From the human T2T-CHM13v2.0 reference genome, Homo sapiens: a DNA stretch of 64,000 bases. Shown one piece after another: positions 55,136 through 64,000 of the stretch. The stretch lies in the NCBI RefSeq assembly GCF_009914755.1, contig NC_060926.1. One strand, 5' to 3'. Made by a program: the position numbers and the translations under genes. The notes beneath the pieces were generated by a model, which did not search any database, was not told where the DNA came from, and saw nothing but the letters and a program-made list of their open reading frames with translations. The stretch's first letter is position 1; each line of letters begins with the position of its first letter.

Positions 55136-55670
55136 GCATTTTCAAGACTGTTGACCACTTGAATTTCTTTGGTGTTAGTGGATTAACCTAACCATTACTC
55201 TGAGATTTTATATCTCTAATCCAGTATTTTTTTTCTTTTTATGCTAAACATGGGAGATCCTGGTTTTGTGTGAATGCATTATTTTGGATGTGAGAAATAA
55301 ATGCCAATTATATGTACTTTCCCTTTTCTGCACAAATTCTGGGAAAATGTAAAAGCCTTCATTTTTTAACATGGTTTTAGGGAACAACTGTAAGTCCATT
55401 CAGAGCAGTTTAATTTAGATGATCACTTTTAACACTGCAGAAGACCTAAGGAGTCATAAGATTCCATCTCATGTAGAATACTGTATATTAATTATTTTTT
55501 ACCAGATATTTTACAAATACCTCACCTCATCCTGTATGTAATCAATAATGTATTATTTTAGGGTAGAACGACACAGAATATCAATATAAAAATATATTCA
55601 AGCCCTTGAAATTCTTGTGTCCTTTTTCTTTAGTTTCTGAATGAAAATCTTATTACTGGATGTACTATTG

Positions 55671-55676
55671 AATAAA
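55671..55676 (+). terminator. polyadenylation signal AATAAA
   Basis: Canonical hexamer preceded by TGTA (CFIm motif). Confidence 0.5.
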
Positions 55677-56804
55677 AATTAATTGCAAAGACTTTGATGG
55701 AGACAAAATCAAAATATACCACTGTTTATTTTGGCAGCACCTTCAAATTTCTAAGGACCAGATCCTGAATTTTGAGAATTTTTTGTTTCGTTGAGTTTTG
55801 AGTGTCTAGGATATAAGTTTATAAATGTTCTACAGTGCTTGTCTTTACTTCCTGTTTAGAAATCATTTAAATCTTTCCCCTCGAGGTGCTCTGGAAGAAG
55901 TTTAATTTCAGCTCTGAACAAGTAGAAATAACTGTGCTTCCTTGTATGGCTGCAATCATAAGACAGAATTTCTGTGGTTGGCTACCGTGAAATCTTTGTA
56001 TTTATATTGCATTGTTTTGTTAAAAAAAAAAAAATCCACAGAAGTAGAACCTAGGTTTGCTACTAACAAAGTAGTGGATTCTTATAATTAGGCTCAGGTA
56101 AAGTAAGAGAAAACTTCTCTCCCTGTGGCCCCCAGAGAAATGAAGTAGGATAGCAGATTACACTATTAGAAATAATAGACGTAACAAAAAAAATCCAGCC
56201 CATTATCCCCACCCCCCATTTTCCCTCTCAATATTAGAAATTTCAATAATATGCTGACAGATTTTCAAAGGTCACCAAGGCTTTTGTGTTTTTTTCCGGT
56301 CTGTGGGCCACAGTTAAAAGAACGGGTAACAGGTTCAGAGTTCTCTTGATACGTCCAAGCCTTAGTTTCCAGGAAAAAAGCTAGGCTCCTCACTGCAAAT
56401 ATTAACGCTTTATATATTTACTCCATGGATGTTGGGGTAAGCACATATATCAATAGTTCATAGCTCTAGTTAAGGACAAAGTGGGTTGGGGGGTAGAGGG
56501 AGAATACTAGAGAGGTTACGGTAGCAGGTGGCTGCAGAAAAGAATCTTTTGAATGGGATTCCTGTAACAGTGTTCAGTACCAATATTAAGTCTACTGTAA
56601 GTGGGGTCTGATATGGCTTACTGATACAGGCATGTGTAAAAAACTAAGTGTGATGGAGGAATGGGTGCTAAAAGCTCTTAACAGTTTTGTAGAGAAGCCC
56701 TGCAGCCGTGTTTACTATATATGACATGCCTGTTTCTTAGTTTGCATGCACAGTTTAAGGGGCACATGCAATATTGGTTTCATGTGCAGTAAAAATTAAA
56801 ACAC

Positions 56805-57132
<328 letters not shown>

Positions 57133-58012
57133 TTATACGCGAAAGTTGGTGTTCATGCTGGAAAACAGTTACGGTTATCTGTGCTCTTTCTAAAGCTCAA
57201 CTAGACACTAAAACAGTTCTCTCCTTGAGACCGGAAGTGGGATGGGGGTGGGCAGGTGGAAGGGAAGAGGCTGGGGAGGAGCCTCTCATCTCATCTCATT
57301 TCAGCCTCAACAGTAATTGAAACCCTATGCCTGGCCTGGAGTGGGTAGAGGTTAGGGTTAGAGTGCAGGATGGAGCAGCAGTCTGCAGACTTTCAGGTTG
57401 TGACGATGTCATGAAATTCTGTGCTATTAAACATGGCTATGTCTGAGTCAGTCATTACGGTATTCCAAAGCCAAATTCAAGTGACTGTTTTTCTGAATAG
57501 TATAAAAATCTAATTCCCTGTGCTTATCGGCTTCAACTGTGCTTACACAACGTTTGTTTCTAATTCGTACTCTTGCCTCTTGGTTTCTGTAGTTTTTCAA
57601 CCCATTTCTGTCAGTGTTCTATAAATGCATACATTCGTTATTTAAGGAACCCTGCAGCAGACCTCGAATAAAATGTGACTTGATGTTTGTTGCCACTTCC
57701 TCAACTTGGTTAGCAAATTCAAGTTTTGAAAGACGATTCGTCTCAGAGAAGTTGATCCTGAACCTCCACGTCACATTTTAGTCGGTTGCTATTAGGTGGG
57801 TAATGCCTAATAACATGGGTTCCTCAAATCACAAAGGAGAATGCTCTCAAGTCCTCATGTTAACTTTAGTAAGTCAGTTAACTTTACAGCAACTAAAGAG
57901 ATCAATTAAAAAGAACCCTTAAGTCTGACTGTCCCAGGTAACTTTACTTGCTGTACAGATAGTGCACAGATATGGATGAGGGCTGCACATGGCTGATTTG
58001 AAAACCCATGTG

Positions 58013-58310
58013 GGGCCGGGTGTGGTGGCTCACGCCTGTAATCCCAGCACTTTGGGAGGCCAAGGCGGGTGGATCACGAGGTTAGTTCAGGACCAGCCTG
58101 GCCAAGATGGTGAAACCCCATCTCTACTAAAAATACGAAAATTAGCTGGGCTTGGTGGCAGATGCCTGTAATTCCTGCTACTCGGGAGGCTGAGGCAGAG
58201 AATTGCTTGAACCCGGGAGGCGGAGGTTGCAGTGAGCCGAGATTGCGCCACTGCACTCCAGCCTGGGCGACACAGTGAGACTCTCCTCAAAACAAAAAAA
58301 AAAGAAAGAA
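58013..58310 (+). mobile_element. AluS in 3'UTR
   Basis: TSD AAAACCCATGTGGG. Confidence 0.9.
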
Positions 58311-58668
58311 AACCCATGTGGGCCGCATGTGCACAGCCTGGGGCTGCTTTCCACAGGCCTGGATAATGATGTTTCTCTTCAAGGAGGCCTTTACTAACCA
58401 CAGGGAACCTAGCATCTGACTGTGTCCTTGGCAGACAGTGCATGTAGCCTGTAGAATGTTGGCTCCTCTGTCTATAGAAACCATCAGTTCGCTGCTCTCT
58501 CATTCATACATACTTTTTGAGTTCCCAGTAGGTACGAAGCTTTGTCTAAACATTATTTACCAACTGCGATTTTTACAGACTTCCCCTGTAAGAATTTTCT
58601 AAAAGAGCCTTTCTCCCTTACACAATTGAAACGTTTTCAAAGGTCATCAAGCCGGTTGCGTTTGGTCA

Positions 58669-58685
58669 GTCACGTGACCAATCAG
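58669..58685. promoter_or_regulatory. palindromic E-box GTCACGTGAC (USF/TFEB CLEAR-type) fused to CCAATCAG (NF-Y)
   Basis: Sequence GTCACGTGACCAATCAG. Motif match only. Confidence 0.45.
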
Positions 58686-59360
58686 AGCTGGTGAGTGAGC
58701 TGCTCCCTTAAATCTACCAAATTAGACTGACAGCATTTGGAATCTGCCTCACACATAAGAGATCCATATTCATTTAATAGTGAAGCCAGCCCAGAAGCAT
58801 CCTCTTCTGTAAGCTGGATGGAGTCCCAGCTCTCTCTCCTTGTATATAAGGAGACCACACCCTGTATATAAGGTTTTCTTGAGGTAGATGCAGCAATATT
58901 CCTGGGGTAAGATTCTATAATACTCCTGTATTGGCAAGTGGACTGGACCAACAGACACAGGCCTCAGCCACTGTCGCTAGGGACTGAAGGAGAGTTCATG
59001 GATTCTTACCCCCTAGTCATGAAAGCTATTCTGGCCAGCCTTGAATCCATTTAATTTTGCCCACGAGAACCTTTCATGACAATTAACAAGACACTAGTTT
59101 CCCCATAAAAGTCCATTTTTAAATATATAGTATGCTAATTAGCAGTGTCTGTTGAATTGCCCTATCGGATAGCAGCCACCATGTGTGCTGACCACTCACG
59201 ATTCAGACTTACCTTGGAAAATATCACACTGACGATACAGTACTTTAGAATAAATTGCATATTGTATCAGGCTCCGAGACTAATTTGTACTGAACCCTTG
59301 ATATAGATTACCTTTTATAACATCACCACCTGTCATGAAGCTTATCTGTTTTCTGATTTG

Positions 59361-59366
59361 AATAAA
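59361..59366 (+). terminator. distal polyadenylation signal AATAAA
   Basis: Canonical hexamer followed by TTTGTGTTGTGCA, at the end of the repeat-poor region. Confidence 0.65.
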
Positions 59367-59506
59367 CTTTGTGTTGTGCACCTCAGTTTCCATTGCATTC
59401 ACTGAGATAGCTGAGTGTGACTTCAGTGTTGTGTCATCTTAAGATGTCAGTAATGTTCAACACAGACTTGGTCATCTGTGGCACTGGTGTTTCGGCATTT
59501 CTATAG

Positions 59507-61114
<1,608 letters not shown>

Positions 61115-62039
61115 TAAAACTTTTAATCCTTTCATAGTATTTTCCAAGTGTTCACCATTCTATGGTTATAAAGCCCCGAACAAGTCCACCTAAGAAAACC
61201 AAAACCCACCATGTCCACTCGCAGGCGCTTGTCCAGTGGTCCTGGGCAACACATTCTTTTCACACAGCTGTCTTTCAAACTGCCTTCAGCTCTGGTAGAG
61301 TCTGGCCACCAAGGATTGGGGTGGGTTGGTTGATTACTCCACTAATCCTAAAATGTAAAGGTTGCAACAAATAGCACTTTTCACATCTTATACTGTTGTA
61401 AGGCACACATTTTAGACATTGTTACATTTCAAGTAGACAGCATTTGATGAAGTGTTTGTAAGATAGCTTTTAGATGCTTATAAATTCTGTAGCCAGCCAT
61501 AACAGATGTTGGCTGGGAGAAAGAATGGAATTAAGTTTGTAAAAAGAAGTGGTTGGAAAAATTACAATGAATCATGAGAATGGATGTGAATCTTCTGTAT
61601 TAGAAATTAGGGTTCTCTCTCTTGGGATTCTCTCTCTTACCTCAAAAGTACCCAGATCATGCTTGGACTAGGAGGCAAGTCATGGGTAATAATTGGTAGG
61701 TCAATTCTGGGGAGGTAAAATTTGCGGAATTTCCTGGATTACTGACATTGCCTGCGCTGTGAAAGAAAAAGGGAAAATGGTGGTCTTGCTTGATCAGATG
61801 TTAGAACTTGGAATTCACGGTGGGGATAAGGAGATGCACATTTTTGTGTCAAGGGCAGTGGATGGGACTCAAAATCAAGCTGGGTTGGAGGTGAAGTTAG
61901 GGAAAACCTGGAGAATGGAACTCTGGAATTAAAGCTTAGAATTGGAAAGGTCTAATTGCTCTCTGGGTGCAGGAGTTCCCATGGAAACCTTCCTGACAAG
62001 TAAATATCCACCCAGAACAGGGAGAAGATAAAGTGCTGT

Positions 62040-63990
<1,951 letters not shown>

Positions 63991-64000
63991 GTGGGCCAGA

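Noticed and set aside
57350-57361. Telomere-like GGTTAGGGTTAG
   Set aside because: Only one full TTAGGG unit; not an interstitial telomeric array.

Overview
Human genomic DNA (a human-specific AluYb8-type insertion is present), AT-rich and very Alu-dense. It contains most of KCMF1 (ZZ/C2H2 zinc-finger E3 ubiquitin ligase, UBR4 partner) on the + strand. Bases 1-27796 are the 3' part of intron 1 (exon 1 lies upstream of the window). Coding exons 2-7 are at 27797-27964, 34924-35063, 43472-43573, 46012-46186, 49274-49556 and 53056-53317. They splice into one open frame (...GVSCDAC...NEPPPPPL*), followed by a 3'UTR of up to ~6 kb with six AATAAA hexamers. Most ORFs in the supplied track are Alu/L1 translations or chance frames. 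Main observations: (1) intron 4 is a minor-spliceosome (U12-type) intron with rare AT...AT termini and a tandem ATNAT acceptor; (2) intron 5 holds a ~200-bp-arm non-Alu inverted repeat later interrupted by an L1 3' end; (3) intron 1 has candidate poison and micro-exons; (4) the distal 3'UTR has promoter-like motifs and retained CpGs; (5) a miR-210 8mer site sits inside a local hairpin. No wholly new multi-gene system is evident. Repeat subfamily names and boundaries were assigned by eye and are approximate.
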